Shown here: positions 1-9,548 of the stretch, in pieces
Position numbering within the stretch: the first letter of the stretch is position 1
Layout: each line of letters opens with the position of its first letter
Source: a candidate division Zixibacteria bacterium SM23_73_3
Lineage (GTDB): Bacteria; Zixibacteria; MSB-5A5; SM1-73
Assembly (NCBI GenBank): GCA_001304155.1
Contig: LJUX01000001.1
Location: 324 to 64,323 of the forward strand
Length of the DNA: 64,000 nt
Direction of reading: 5' to 3'
The notes under the pieces: model-generated
Told to the model about the DNA's origin: nothing
The model's input: only the letters and a program-made list of their open reading frames with translations
Databases searched by the model: none
Position numbers and translations under genes: made by a program

Positions 1-152
1 TCTGGGTGATAGTGCGCCACTTTCGGAAAAAAATTTGTTTTTAAAGGAGCTTCTATCTTATCGGGTAAAGAGCAAAAAAGCGAAATTTTATCAGGAATCA
101 GTTTTCCTTTTTAACGAATAATCTACCGCCTCTTTGGTCGTTACTCCCCATA

Positions 153-190
153 CCCTCATTTCCTCAGCCAGCGAAATGAGGGTTTTTTTC
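153..190 (+). terminator. Rho-independent terminator for a gene upstream of the window (10-bp perfect stem ccctcatttc/gaaatgaggg, 10-nt loop, then 7 T)
   Basis: Perfect inverted repeat followed by TTTTTTT, read directly from the sequence. Confidence 0.6.
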
Positions 191-594
191 TTGCGTAAAT
201 CCAAGTTTTGTAGGTCAAACATGGTGTAGCTTGTTTGACAAATCTTTATTGGTCAATCCACCCTTTGGTTCGACTTCGCTCACCACCCTGAGCTTACCGA
301 AAGGCGGGCATGGTTAACCTCCAACACTGATTCTTCGCCCTTTCTTAATATCTGCAACTTCATACGCATTAGTCCAGAATCCTCAGAACTCTTCCTCTAC
401 GGCCCACGCGAAAGGTGAGAGAATTCGGCATCTCAAAAAATCTGAACCTCCAGACACCAAATACGTAAATCAAAGAGACAGCCATCGTTTCTTGCTTGCA
501 AAAGAGAGCTTGGTTTACTATCTTCACTTGCAGAACTTGAACAAAAGAATGCTTTGAGTGACGAACTTCCAAAGATTTCAGTCAGGAGAATATC

Positions 595-1653
595 ATGAGA
601 CGCTATCTCGTTTTTTTAGTCATTTTCTTGATGGTCAATCTGGGTAATTCTTTTGCTTCCTCATTGGACATTACCTATAAAGGCACAGGTATAAGTTTCG
701 GCAATTCCAAGAGAATAAATGGAGTTCGATTTAATCTTGTTGATCACGAGGTTGAAAAAGTAAATGGTCTTAATCTTACTTTCTGGAAACCGAAGGACAA
801 TCCCAGCGCGGTTATGAATGGTTTGGCTTTTGGACTGGTCGGGTTAGATGCCAGGGAGTTAAACGGTTTTTCCTTCGGCGGAGTGGGGTTGGCGGGTGAG
901 CAGATACAAGGTTTTTCTCTTGGGACAGTCGGGCTTGCGGTTGGGGACGTTGATGGAATTGCAATTGGAGGCGTTGGACTTGCGGCAGGGGATATTGATG
1001 GAGTAGCCATTGGAGGGATCGGGATAGCAACTGGAGGGATAAATGGGTTTGCCTGTGGGGGGATCGGAGCTGCCACCGGGTCAGTAAATGGTGTGGTAAT
1101 TGGAGGTATCGGGCTGGCAAGCGATGACATAAAAGGCGTCACTTTGGGGGGAATAGGAATTGCAGGTAATGTTATAACCGGGATAACTATCGGAGGGATG
1201 GGGGTAGCCGCAAACATCATAACGGGCATCACAGTCGGTGGCTTGGGGGTAGCAGGAGATGACATAACGGGCATCACAGTCGGTGGCTTTGGAGCAGCAG
1301 GAGATGACATAACAGGCATCACAGTCGGTGGCTTGGGAGCAGCAGGAGATGACATAACGGGCATCACAATCGGTGGCTTGGGGGTGGGAGCTCAAGATAT
1401 AACCGGTGTTACAGTTGGGGGACTAAAACTCAAGTCACGTAATTTAACAGGCCTGGCTGTGGGAGGATATTGTAAGGCAAAAAGAAACTTGACCGGTCTC
1501 TCCATTGGAGTCTTTAATTATGCCAAGCACCTCAATGGTGTTCAAATCGGCATTCTTAACTATTGCGGCAACAATCCCATACCCTTCAGGCTTTTGCCGA
1601 TCATCAATGTGCACATAGGTGGACATCATCACCAATATCGACATACCGACTAA
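595..1653 (+). CDS. Secreted glycine-rich protein of about nineteen 15-residue tandem repeats (consensus G[IV]x[IV]GG[LIF]G[VAI]A then xxI[TND]), with an N-terminal signal peptide
   Basis: The ORF opens with a hydrophobic signal-like segment ending in ASS. Repeats such as GITVGGLGVAGDDIT are visible in the translation, and the underlying 45-bp DNA periodicity is near-identical between 1186 and 1410. Confidence 0.6.
   Translation: MRRYLVFLVIFLMVNLGNSFASSLDITYKGTGISFGNSKRINGVRFNLVDHEVEKVNGLNLTFWKPKDNPSAVMNGLAFGLVGLDARELNGFSFGGVGLAGEQIQGFSLGTVGLAVGDVDGIAIGGVGLAAGDIDGVAIGGIGIATGGINGFACGGIGAATGSVNGVVIGGIGLASDDIKGVTLGGIGIAGNVITGITIGGMGVAANIITGITVGGLGVAGDDITGITVGGFGAAGDDITGITVGGLGAAGDDITGITIGGLGVGAQDITGVTVGGLKLKSRNLTGLAVGGYCKAKRNLTGLSIGVFNYAKHLNGVQIGILNYCGNNPIPFRLLPIINVHIGGHHHQYRHTD
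1141..1440. repeat. 45-bp tandem DNA repeats inside the gly-rich repeat gene
   Basis: ggcatcacagtcggtggcttggg recurs at 1225, 1270 and 1315. Each unit encodes the 15-residue GITVGGLGAAGDDIT module. Confidence 0.7.
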
Positions 1654-1881
1654 TTCTGTGCCCGGATAAACAATAAAGATATCCACCCCACCATTTCTTT
1701 TTCTTCATTACCCCAATCACCCAAATTCTTTACAGCACAACATCCTTTCTTGACCCTTGCCCTTGCCTTTTCCCTTGCGTGTCCTCTAATTAAATTTATA
1801 TTGGAAAAAGTTGAAGCTTCAGTTGTAGCCAGTGGCAAACACCGCGAGGAAAATAGTAACGCTCTGTCCGGAGGAGGTTGA

Positions 1882-2232
1882 ATGGTCTATTATGTTCTGA
1901 AATTTTTCATATCAGCCCTTTTGATCGTTGCCATCTCCGAAATTTCCAAAAGATATTCTCTGGCTGCCGGAATCTTAGCATCTCTGCCAATTATCTCTGT
2001 TCTGGCGATGATCTGGCTTTATATCGATACAGCCAGCATTGAAAAAATCTCCCAGCTTTCTACCAGCATCTTCTGGATGGTCCTGCCCTCTTTGTCATTG
2101 TTCATAATGCTCCCTCTCCTTTTGAAGAACAGGGTACCATTCTACCCGGCGTTGATAATTTCTGCTCTTGTTATGGTTCTTCTTTACTACCTCATGATTG
2201 TGATTTTAAAGAAACTTGAGATGATCGCGTAG
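1882..2232 (+). CDS. Small integral membrane protein, hypothetical (three or four hydrophobic helices)
   Basis: 116-aa ORF dominated by hydrophobic segments; no recognisable catalytic motif. Confidence 0.4.
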   Translation: MVYYVLKFFISALLIVAISEISKRYSLAAGILASLPIISVLAMIWLYIDTASIEKISQLSTSIFWMVLPSLSLFIMLPLLLKNRVPFYPALIISALVMVLLYYLMIVILKKLEMIA

Positions 2233-2244
2233 GCAGTTTTTGAT

Positions 2245-2727
2245 ATGTTGAAGCTAATTCAAGCCGATTCTGAAGAATATCTTTCTGACGTAAAGGACTT
2301 GTTAACGGAATATGCCGCCTGGCTAGGTTTTGACCTGCATTTTCAGGATTTTGAAAGGGAACTGGCAGAATTCCCCGGGGAATATGCTCCTCCAGATGGC
2401 CGCCTGCTTTTAGCCTTATGCGAGACGCAAGTAGCCGGTTGTGTAACACTGAGAAAGATATCCGAAGGCATTTGTGAGATGAAAAGGCTGTATGTGCGGC
2501 CGAAATTTCGGGGGAAAGGGATCGGCAAAGGTTTGGCAGAGGCCATAATCGAGGAGGCCCAAAAGATCGGTTATACTCGCATGCGCCTGGATACCGTGCC
2601 TTTTATGAAAGAAGCTATTGCACTTTATCGTTCGTTAGGCTTCAAAGAAATCGAACCCTACAGATACAACCCCATAGAAGGAGCGAAATTCATGGAACTG
2701 GCTTTGATTGAAAACGCCAGCAACTAA
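2245..2727 (+). CDS. GNAT family N-acetyltransferase
   Basis: Acetyl-CoA-binding motif RGKGIGKGLAEAIIEEA and GNAT-typical length and layout. Confidence 0.7.
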   Translation: MLKLIQADSEEYLSDVKDLLTEYAAWLGFDLHFQDFERELAEFPGEYAPPDGRLLLALCETQVAGCVTLRKISEGICEMKRLYVRPKFRGKGIGKGLAEAIIEEAQKIGYTRMRLDTVPFMKEAIALYRSLGFKEIEPYRYNPIEGAKFMELALIENASN

Positions 2728-3667
2728 CTCACACTTAACAAACCCCATAGAGCGCATTATGGAAAAACAAAACCGAGCTTTTATTTACGCCATCACTGCC
2801 GTTTTGTTCTGGTCAACCGTAGCCTCGGCTTTCAAAGTCTCATTACGATATTTGGACTTTCTCCAACTGCTATTTTTCTCCTCAATTGCTTCCATTATAG
2901 TGCTTTTCGCCATCTTACTTATCCAGAATAAACTGAGTCTTTTGATAGAATACTCAAAAAAGGATTATTTGCATTCTGTAATGCTGGGCTTTTTGAACCC
3001 CTTCCTTTATTATGTGATCCTGTTCAAAGCCTATTCTTTGCTTCCGGCTCAGGAGGCCCAACCACTGAACTACACCTGGTCAATTATGCTGGTATTGCTG
3101 TCCATACCCTTACTTAAACAGAAGATAGGGACCCGGGGTGATATTTTGGGATTCACTTTTACCAACTTAAATGGAGTGCTTTTGGCATTGGGCAGTGCGG
3201 TAATCTGGGCTCTGTTTTGGATCTATAACATTAAAGATAAACGGGATGAAGTTGCCAAGCTCTTTTTGAATTTTTCGTTTGGGTTTGTTTTCATATTGAT
3301 CGCTATGCTGTTTTCGTCAAGAATGAGAATTCCCGCTACTTCCGGACTTGCCGGGGCAGCTTATGTGGGCATATTTGAAATGGGAATCACTTTTGTGCTG
3401 TGGTTGAAAGCTTTGAAATTATCTAAAACCACGGCGCAGGTGAGCAATTTGATTTACCTGTCTCCATTCCTGTCGCTGGTGTTAATTCATCTTGTAGTCG
3501 GAGAAAAATCATCTTGTAGTCGGAGAAAAAATATTACTTTCAACCATAATCGGGTTGATCTTCATTGTGGGTGGTATTATAATACAACAACGTTATGGTC
3601 GGCTTGGGCCAACTGTTGGGGACTCTTCGAATTCCCCCGTCCATTTGAGATCACAGAAAGCCAATAG
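2708..3667 (+). CDS. EamA/DMT family transporter whose C-terminal helix is frameshifted by a 22-bp tandem duplication (possible pseudogene or assembly error)
   Basis: Ten-TM-like hydrophobic profile. Removing one copy of the duplicated 22-mer restores a hydrophobic terminal helix ILLSTIIGLIFIVGGIIIQQRY. Confidence 0.55.
   Translation: MKTPATNSHLTNPIERIMEKQNRAFIYAITAVLFWSTVASAFKVSLRYLDFLQLLFFSSIASIIVLFAILLIQNKLSLLIEYSKKDYLHSVMLGFLNPFLYYVILFKAYSLLPAQEAQPLNYTWSIMLVLLSIPLLKQKIGTRGDILGFTFTNLNGVLLALGSAVIWALFWIYNIKDKRDEVAKLFLNFSFGFVFILIAMLFSSRMRIPATSGLAGAAYVGIFEMGITFVLWLKALKLSKTTAQVSNLIYLSPFLSLVLIHLVVGEKSSCSRRKNITFNHNRVDLHCGWYYNTTTLWSAWANCWGLFEFPRPFEITESQ
3488..3531. repeat. 22-bp perfect-but-one tandem duplication (catcttgtagtcggagaaaaat twice) within the EamA gene
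   Basis: Direct read: copies at 3488-3509 and 3510-3531 differ only at the last base. Confidence 0.85.
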
Positions 3668-3690
3668 GCTTTGAATCGAAGAAGAGTAAA

Positions 3691-4119
3691 ATGAGAAGGG
3701 AAGCTTTGAAAGATATGGTAAGCAAAGAGACATGGCAACGGTGCTTATCAAGACTTAAGAAGCAGGAGACGGTTGAAGTCCTTCATAAGCTCTTTGATTA
3801 TATAGTAGATATTCTGGCTGATAGAATAAGCCAAATAAAAACGGCCGACAGCAGGTCCATCTCGTTCTTTTCTGAGGGACGAGAATTTTTGACTATCAAC
3901 GTGACTCGGAAAGATCTGCGTATTTACATACATCCGAAAGCAAAAGCTTTTTTTGATCCGAAGGTGAAGTTCGACGTTGAGAGATTTAGATTCTGGGATG
4001 GGTCGTACCATAAAGCATCTGGCAAATACAGAGCAATGAGCGTGTGGATATCAGAGAAGAAAGATCTGCCGGGAGTCAAAAAAATTATAGCTTGTATTCC
4101 TAAAACTAAAGAGGCTTAA
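3691..4119 (+). CDS. Hypothetical protein
   Basis: 142-aa ORF with no recognised motif. Confidence 0.35.
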   Translation: MRREALKDMVSKETWQRCLSRLKKQETVEVLHKLFDYIVDILADRISQIKTADSRSISFFSEGREFLTINVTRKDLRIYIHPKAKAFFDPKVKFDVERFRFWDGSYHKASGKYRAMSVWISEKKDLPGVKKIIACIPKTKEA

Positions 4120-4177
4120 AACATTTACCGAATGAGAGGTAGCCGCACCCTTTAGGGTGCGAACGAGTATTACATGG

Positions 4178-4305
4178 TCTCTTAAATAATGTTACCATAC
4201 CCTGTCATTGCGAGGCAATCTCTGGGTAGCGGCGATTCCCCGCCTCTGGCGGGATGTTCCACATGAATTGCCCCTACTTCTCGGGATAAGTCTCGCAAAG
4301 ACAAT
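4178..4305. repeat. Dispersed intergenic repeat, family 2 (tgtcattgc ... ggcgattccccgcctctggcggg ... catgaat ... cccctacttc ... gggataagtctcgcaa). Homologous copies lie at 21278-21455 and, inverted, at 26068-26215
   Basis: Segment-by-segment comparison of the three copies by eye; all carry the CCGCC-www-GGCGG palindrome. Confidence 0.65.
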
Positions 4306-4350
4306 ATACAACGTTCAGTGCGTTTGTATTAAATACTTTAGGTTTTTAAA

Positions 4351-4683
4351 ATGGTGTCCAAGACAAGATTGTTTATAATCGGTGGTTTGATCCTCCTTTG
4401 CATTCTTGTCTTTCTATGGCTTGTTGTTCTGAGGTCTTCATCTGAGCTTTCAGAAGAGAAGTTTGCGGAGGTATACGTTCAGCTTTCCATGGCCAAAGAG
4501 ATGTTTGCTGCAGATACTGTAAAACTGGAAGAAGAAAAAGAAAGGATATTTAAAGAAGCAGAAGTAACCTGGGAAGAGATAGATAATTTTGTGAACCGAT
4601 TGAATGAAAAACCGCAGGAATGGTCTAAGGTATGGAAAAAAATAGTTGAGAAACTGGAGCAAAGACGGCAAGACCTTAAGTGA
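4351..4683 (+). CDS. Small membrane-anchored coiled-coil protein, hypothetical
   Basis: One N-terminal hydrophobic helix followed by an E/K-rich helical region. Confidence 0.35.
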   Translation: MVSKTRLFIIGGLILLCILVFLWLVVLRSSSELSEEKFAEVYVQLSMAKEMFAADTVKLEEEKERIFKEAEVTWEEIDNFVNRLNEKPQEWSKVWKKIVEKLEQRRQDLK

Positions 4684-5041
4684 CCATGAATGCGTTCTTT
4701 ATATGATCGATGATCTTATCGTCCTTCTGGTAGCTTATGGCTAAAACATCGAATCGGAAATCGCAATCGGTTATGTTTTCCTTTTGAATGAAATGGTTCG
4801 CCACCTCAATTAGATTTTTCTGTTTTTTGAGATTTACCCTCTCCTGTGGTGCTCCAAAGCCTTTTGATCTTCCCGCTTTGACCTCGATGAAAACGATGGT
4901 GTTCCCATCTTTGCCGATCAGATCGACTTCTTTGTGCCCATAACGATAGTTTCGCTTTAGAATCTGAAAACCTTTTCTTTTCAGATATTCCTCAGCTAAA
5001 GCTTCTCCCTTTTTCCCTAATTTTTGCTTATACTTCTTCAT
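4676..5041 (-). CDS. yraN: YraN/UPF0102 family endonuclease
   Basis: GKKGEALAEEYLKRKGFQIL...VDLIGKDGNTIVFIEVKAGRS matches the YraN family signature. Confidence 0.7.
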   Translation of the reverse strand: MKKYKQKLGKKGEALAEEYLKRKGFQILKRNYRYGHKEVDLIGKDGNTIVFIEVKAGRSKGFGAPQERVNLKKQKNLIEVANHFIQKENITDCDFRFDVLAISYQKDDKIIDHIKNAFMVT

Positions 5042-5133
5042 GATAGGTTCGACAAGCTCACTACAAGTAAGATTTTATTAGCAGGGCAAATGCTTTGCCC
5101 TATGGGTTCAGAGGAGCTGTCGTTTTACATAGC

Positions 5134-5230
5134 GGCGGGAATTCATCCCGCCTCGGAGCTAACCTTACCCCCTATCTCCCCCTCTCCATTCTATGGAGAG
5201 GGGGACGGGGGGAGGGGTCCCATCTCCATA
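5134..5230. repeat. Two intergenic hairpins: ggcggga-attca-tcccgcc (5134-5152) and a family 3 palindrome ccccctctccattctatggagaggggg flanked by G/C runs
   Basis: Perfect inverted repeats read from the sequence. Related copies at 23948-24036, 42267-42289 and 60951-61011. Confidence 0.6.
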
Positions 5231-5865
5231 TCGATCTGATTTGTCCGGCACAGCTGGACCAGTTTAAAGGATTTTCGATGAATCTGGCAGGGCCCAAAAG
5301 TTTTCAAAGCTTCCACATGTACTTTGGTTGCGTAGCCCTTATGCCAAGCAAAACAAAACTCTGGATACTTCCGATGGTAATTGAGCATGATACTGTCCCG
5401 GGTGACCTTAGCCACGATGGATGCTGCTGCTATGGAGAGGCTGTGTGAGTCTCCTTTGACCACCGGCATCTGAGGAAGCAGAAGGTGGGGGATTTTTTGA
5501 TTGCCATCCACCAGTATAAATTCAGGCGGGTTTTTTAGCTTATTCACCGCCTTCCACATGGCCCTCAAGGAAGCATTCAGTATGTTCATCCTGTCGATGG
5601 TTCTCTCCCCCACTATTCCGATTCCCACTTCCTGGGCATCTGTTAGAATTCGCTCAAAAAGCTCCTCTCTCTTTTTAGGGGTTAGCTTTTTGGAATCATT
5701 TGCTCCGGGAAGAAGGAAGTTTTGGGGCAAGACCACACAGGCGGCCACAACCGGACCTGCCAGAGGACCCCTCCCCACCTCATCCACCCCTGCCACTACC
5801 CTAAAGCCCTGCTTCCATAGCTTGCTCTCCAGCGTAAGTCCGCAGTTGTTTGGCCTCTTAACCAT
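5191..5865 (-). CDS. rnhB: Ribonuclease HII
   Basis: GVDEVGRGPLAGPVVAACVVL and DSKKL motifs. Confidence 0.85.
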   Translation of the reverse strand: MVKRPNNCGLTLESKLWKQGFRVVAGVDEVGRGPLAGPVVAACVVLPQNFLLPGANDSKKLTPKKREELFERILTDAQEVGIGIVGERTIDRMNILNASLRAMWKAVNKLKNPPEFILVDGNQKIPHLLLPQMPVVKGDSHSLSIAAASIVAKVTRDSIMLNYHRKYPEFCFAWHKGYATKVHVEALKTFGPCQIHRKSFKLVQLCRTNQIDMEMGPLPPSPSP

Positions 5866-6166
5866 AGGATTGTATCCGAGATTCTGTGTCGGGCAGTTCT
5901 ACCGTTTCGCTGTATCTGAACCCTCACGTTATTAAGCAGATACTATATAGTTTGTCAAGTAAAAAAATCTGCTTCTCTCTTAGCGGATGCCCAGTTCGTT
6001 TAAGGCAAATCCCTGAACAGCAGAAATTCGTTTTTGATAACCTTATCCCCTCACAAAAAGAAAAAACTTCAATGTGAGTCATTTACACAGAACCTGCATC
6101 AAAAATACCAAGATTCAGTGACTCGGAATTATCTTGACAATTCAGCCGAATTTGTTAGAATAAACA

Positions 6167-7924
6167 ATGATCATGAAGAACAAAAGAGCAAAGCAAATTG
6201 ACACCCATGCCTCCGATCGCAAGCTGGTGGAGGGCTTTCGCGCTTTGTCGCATCAGATATTAAGCTATGCAAACCGCGGACTCCCGAGGATTGACTTTGC
6301 TCGTGAAGTGTCGAAGGTGCTCTTGGATTTCTCCGGATCCGATACAGTAGAACTACGGCTCAAAAGAGGCGACAAGTACTACCTTTGCCAGGCCAGGCGG
6401 GGCGAAAAACAATCGTTTCGGTTTGAACCCCTACCCTGCCTACAAACTGAGGATGGCGGGATGATCCCCTGCTCTCAGGATGATTCGGCTATGGAAACAT
6501 TGTGTCGGGACATTATCTTAGACCATATTGACCATTCTTTGCCCTTCTTCACCAAGAATGGGGGTTTCTGGACAGGCGATGCAGGTCACATCCGGATCAA
6601 TCGTCGAGTGACCGATCGGCAATCGAATGTGGAAAGCCTGTGCCTGGGTGGTGATTATCCGTCGCTGGCCTTCTTCCCCCTGATGGTTGATGAAGAAAAT
6701 AGTGGTCTTTTGCAACTGAAGAACAAGCAGAAGGACTACTTCACGAAGGAGGAGATAGAATTCTACGAGGGACTGGCTCAAACACTCGGAGTGGCGATGG
6801 TGCACCGCCGTGTCCAGGTGGCTCTGCGCGAACGAATAAAAGAGTTGACATGCCTTTACGGCATAGCCCAACTGTCTGCACGCACCGCGATATCGCTGGA
6901 AGAGCTTCTGCAGGGTATCGTAGAACTTATTCCTCCCGCTTGGCTATACCCAGAGGTGGCCTCGGCAAGGATCATTTTAGATGAGTGCCACTACACGACA
7001 CCTGGCTTTCAAGAGAAGCGGCTGATGCAGACGACAGAGATCGTTGTGCGCGGGCAGCCACGAGGCGTTGTCCAGGTGACCTACGCAGAAGAGATGCCAG
7101 AGCTAGACGAGGGTCCTTTCCTCAAAGAGGAGCGAAGTCTGATCGATGCCATAGCCAGAGAGGTAGCAATCATTATAGAGCGAAGACAAGCCGAGGAGGA
7201 GAAATCGAAGCTCCAGGATCAGCTAAGGCACGCTGATCGTCTGGCCACCATCGGACAGCTGGCGGCAGGCGTAGCTCATGAATTGAATGAGCCCTTGAGC
7301 CATACCCTGGGGTTCGCTCAGCTTGCACAGAAATGCCCGGAACTGCCCAAACAGGCGGAGGTGGATATTGAGAAAGCAGTGATCGCTTCCATGCATGCAC
7401 GGGAAGTGGTCAAGAAGTTGATGTTATTCGCCCGGCCAATGCCACCAAAGAAAACCCAGGTCAATTTGAATCAGTTGGTTGAAGAGGGGCTCTATTTTTT
7501 AGAGTCTCGATGTGACAAGGAGGGAATAGAACTGGTGCGTTCACTTTCGCCTGATCTGCCCGAAATAACTGCCGATCCGGCACAGTTGACTCAAGTCTTG
7601 GTCAATCTGATTGTCAATGCCGTTCAGGCGATGCCGGAAGGAGGTAGGCTGATGGTACAGACACTTGCCGGCGAAAGACACATCTCGCTTTTTGTGGAAG
7701 ACACGGGCGTCGGTATGAGCGAGGAGGTTATCAAAAAGATATTTATCCCGTTTTTTACCACCAAGGATGTTAACCAGGGAACAGGCTTGGGTTTGCCTGT
7801 AGTCCATGGAATCATAACTTCTCATGGAGGTTCTATTAAGGTTGATAGTAAGGTTGGTCGTGGCACAAGATTCGAGGTTAAACTCCCCTTGACCGGGGCG
7901 CCAGACGTGGAGGAGAGCGACTAA
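6167..7924 (+). CDS. Cytoplasmic sensor histidine kinase (GAF-like sensor region, HisKA and HATPase_c)
   Basis: H-box HELNEPLSH, G2 box GTGLGLPVV, no N-terminal TM segments. Confidence 0.8.
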   Translation: MIMKNKRAKQIDTHASDRKLVEGFRALSHQILSYANRGLPRIDFAREVSKVLLDFSGSDTVELRLKRGDKYYLCQARRGEKQSFRFEPLPCLQTEDGGMIPCSQDDSAMETLCRDIILDHIDHSLPFFTKNGGFWTGDAGHIRINRRVTDRQSNVESLCLGGDYPSLAFFPLMVDEENSGLLQLKNKQKDYFTKEEIEFYEGLAQTLGVAMVHRRVQVALRERIKELTCLYGIAQLSARTAISLEELLQGIVELIPPAWLYPEVASARIILDECHYTTPGFQEKRLMQTTEIVVRGQPRGVVQVTYAEEMPELDEGPFLKEERSLIDAIAREVAIIIERRQAEEEKSKLQDQLRHADRLATIGQLAAGVAHELNEPLSHTLGFAQLAQKCPELPKQAEVDIEKAVIASMHAREVVKKLMLFARPMPPKKTQVNLNQLVEEGLYFLESRCDKEGIELVRSLSPDLPEITADPAQLTQVLVNLIVNAVQAMPEGGRLMVQTLAGERHISLFVEDTGVGMSEEVIKKIFIPFFTTKDVNQGTGLGLPVVHGIITSHGGSIKVDSKVGRGTRFEVKLPLTGAPDVEESD

Positions 7925-7925
7925 G

Positions 7926-9281
7926 ATGGCACCTTCTGTCAAAAAAGAAAGCATCCTGGTGGTTGATGACTCCCCGCATACGCTGGAAGTGCTTCAGAGA
8001 AACCTGACATCGAAAGGATACTCAGTCTTCACTGCCGCCAGCGTGAGTGAAGCCATCAGGATTCTTGAGACTACAACGGTTGACCTGGTCATAACGGACC
8101 TGAAAATGCCCAGGGTTAGTGGCATCGATCTAATAAGGCATGTCCGGGAGAACTACAAAGAAACCGAGGTCATGACCATTACCGGTTATCCCTCGATCGA
8201 AGGGGCGGTCAAGGCGATCAAGACCGGGGCGGAGGAGTATTTGACCAAACCCTTTACCGATGAAGAACTCTTTTCCGCGGTCCGGCGGACGCTGGATAAA
8301 CTGCATATGCGCAGGTTGGGAGAAGCCCAACTGCAAAAGATACCCTCAGCACCTTATGGTCTTATCGGCGAGTCGGAGGTGATGCATAAGGTTTTCAGTT
8401 CCGTTACCAAAACCGCATCAACTTCAGCCACCGTACTTATCTCAGGGGAGAGCGGGACGGGCAAGGAGCTTGTAGCCAGGGCCATTCACTACAGTAGTTC
8501 AAGGGCTTCAGCTACATTTGTGCCCGTGAACTGTGGGGGCATTCCTGAAGGGCTTTTGGAGAGTGAGCTTTTTGGACACGTCAAAGGGGCTTTTACCGGA
8601 GCTACCGAATCCCGCGCTGGCTTTTTTCAAACCGCTGATGGCGGCACCATCTTTCTTGATGAAATCAGCGATACCAGTTTGTCTATGCAGACAAAGCTTC
8701 TCCGGGTGCTTGAGGATAAGGAAGTCTACATGGTCGGAGCCACCCGTTCGCGAAAGGTAGACGTAAGGATCATTGCCGCGACCAACAAGGACTTAGCCAG
8801 CCTGGTGAGGAAAGGGGTTTTCCGCGAAGATTTGTTCTTCCGCCTCCACGTACTTACTATTACCATGCCTCCCTTGCGGGAGAGGGGCGATGATATTTTG
8901 CTTTTGGCACATTATTTTGCAACCAAGTTTGCCGGGGAATTCGGCAAGCCAACACTCCAGTTTTCTGACAATGCCTTACAGGTTCTGAGAAACTATCATT
9001 GGCCAGGTAATGTGAGAGAACTGGAGAATGTAGTTCAGCGCCTGGTAGTCATGACCGATGAAGACTTCATAGAGGTTTCCGATTTACCTTCACTTATGCG
9101 TTTCTCTGCTCTGCGGGAAACCGGGCTCAATCGAACTCTGGCTGAAGTGGAAGCCGAATACATTCGTAATGTTCTGGCAAGCGTGAAAGGCAACAAGACA
9201 AAAGCCGCAGAGATACTTGAAATTGACCGAAAAACGCTTCGAGAAAAGCTAAAGAAAATCCCTGGATTGTCCTCGTCCTAA
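7926..9281 (+). CDS. Sigma-54-dependent response regulator (NtrC family: REC, AAA+ and HTH domains)
   Basis: REC segment VVDDSP...D, Walker A GESGTGKE, GAFTGA motif, C-terminal Fis-type HTH. Confidence 0.85.
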   Translation: MAPSVKKESILVVDDSPHTLEVLQRNLTSKGYSVFTAASVSEAIRILETTTVDLVITDLKMPRVSGIDLIRHVRENYKETEVMTITGYPSIEGAVKAIKTGAEEYLTKPFTDEELFSAVRRTLDKLHMRRLGEAQLQKIPSAPYGLIGESEVMHKVFSSVTKTASTSATVLISGESGTGKELVARAIHYSSSRASATFVPVNCGGIPEGLLESELFGHVKGAFTGATESRAGFFQTADGGTIFLDEISDTSLSMQTKLLRVLEDKEVYMVGATRSRKVDVRIIAATNKDLASLVRKGVFREDLFFRLHVLTITMPPLRERGDDILLLAHYFATKFAGEFGKPTLQFSDNALQVLRNYHWPGNVRELENVVQRLVVMTDEDFIEVSDLPSLMRFSALRETGLNRTLAEVEAEYIRNVLASVKGNKTKAAEILEIDRKTLREKLKKIPGLSSS

Positions 9282-9484
9282 TCGTTCCTCTGTCGGGGAA
9301 ATTCTCCCCGGCGATTCAAAACTCCTCGACAATTCTCCATATCTTATATCACTACGCCGAAGTTCCATATAAGTTCATCAGAAGTATCCATACATCCGAA
9401 TTCCTTTGATTTTCTTTGACTTAGGTCACTTATATCACTCTGCTGTATTTTCCGAAATTGTTGAATAATGGCTATAGAGTTCAA

Positions 9485-9501
9485 GTGGCACATGTTTCGC
9501 T
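9485..9501 (+). promoter_or_regulatory. Putative sigma-54 (-24/-12) promoter TGGCAC-N7-TCGC with correct GG-N10-GC spacing. The upstream element CTTATATCACT occurs twice, at 9343 and 9433
   Basis: The match to TGGCACG-N4-TTGCA is visible in the sequence. It sits immediately downstream of the sigma-54 activator gene and 48 nt before an RBS and ATG. Confidence 0.5.
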
Positions 9502-9548
9502 ATGTTGTGATGTGGACCAAAGGTCAAAAAGGAAAGGAGGTTGACGCT

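Noticed and set aside
369-572. A 67-aa minus ORF upstream of the repeat-protein gene
   Set aside because: No RBS or motif. The region more likely holds the promoter and leader of the 595 gene.
744-1395. Three long minus-strand ORFs (207, 102 and 104 aa, Pro/Thr-rich) antisense to the gly-rich repeat gene
   Set aside because: These are artefacts of the 45-bp repeat: the reverse frames of GGN-rich codons stay open. They have no start context and fully overlap a better-supported gene.
4120-4340. Possibility that the dispersed palindromic repeats are a CRISPR array or an rRNA/ncRNA gene
   Set aside because: Copies are dispersed singly in different intergenic regions with variable length and orientation. 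There is no regular repeat-spacer periodicity and no cas genes.
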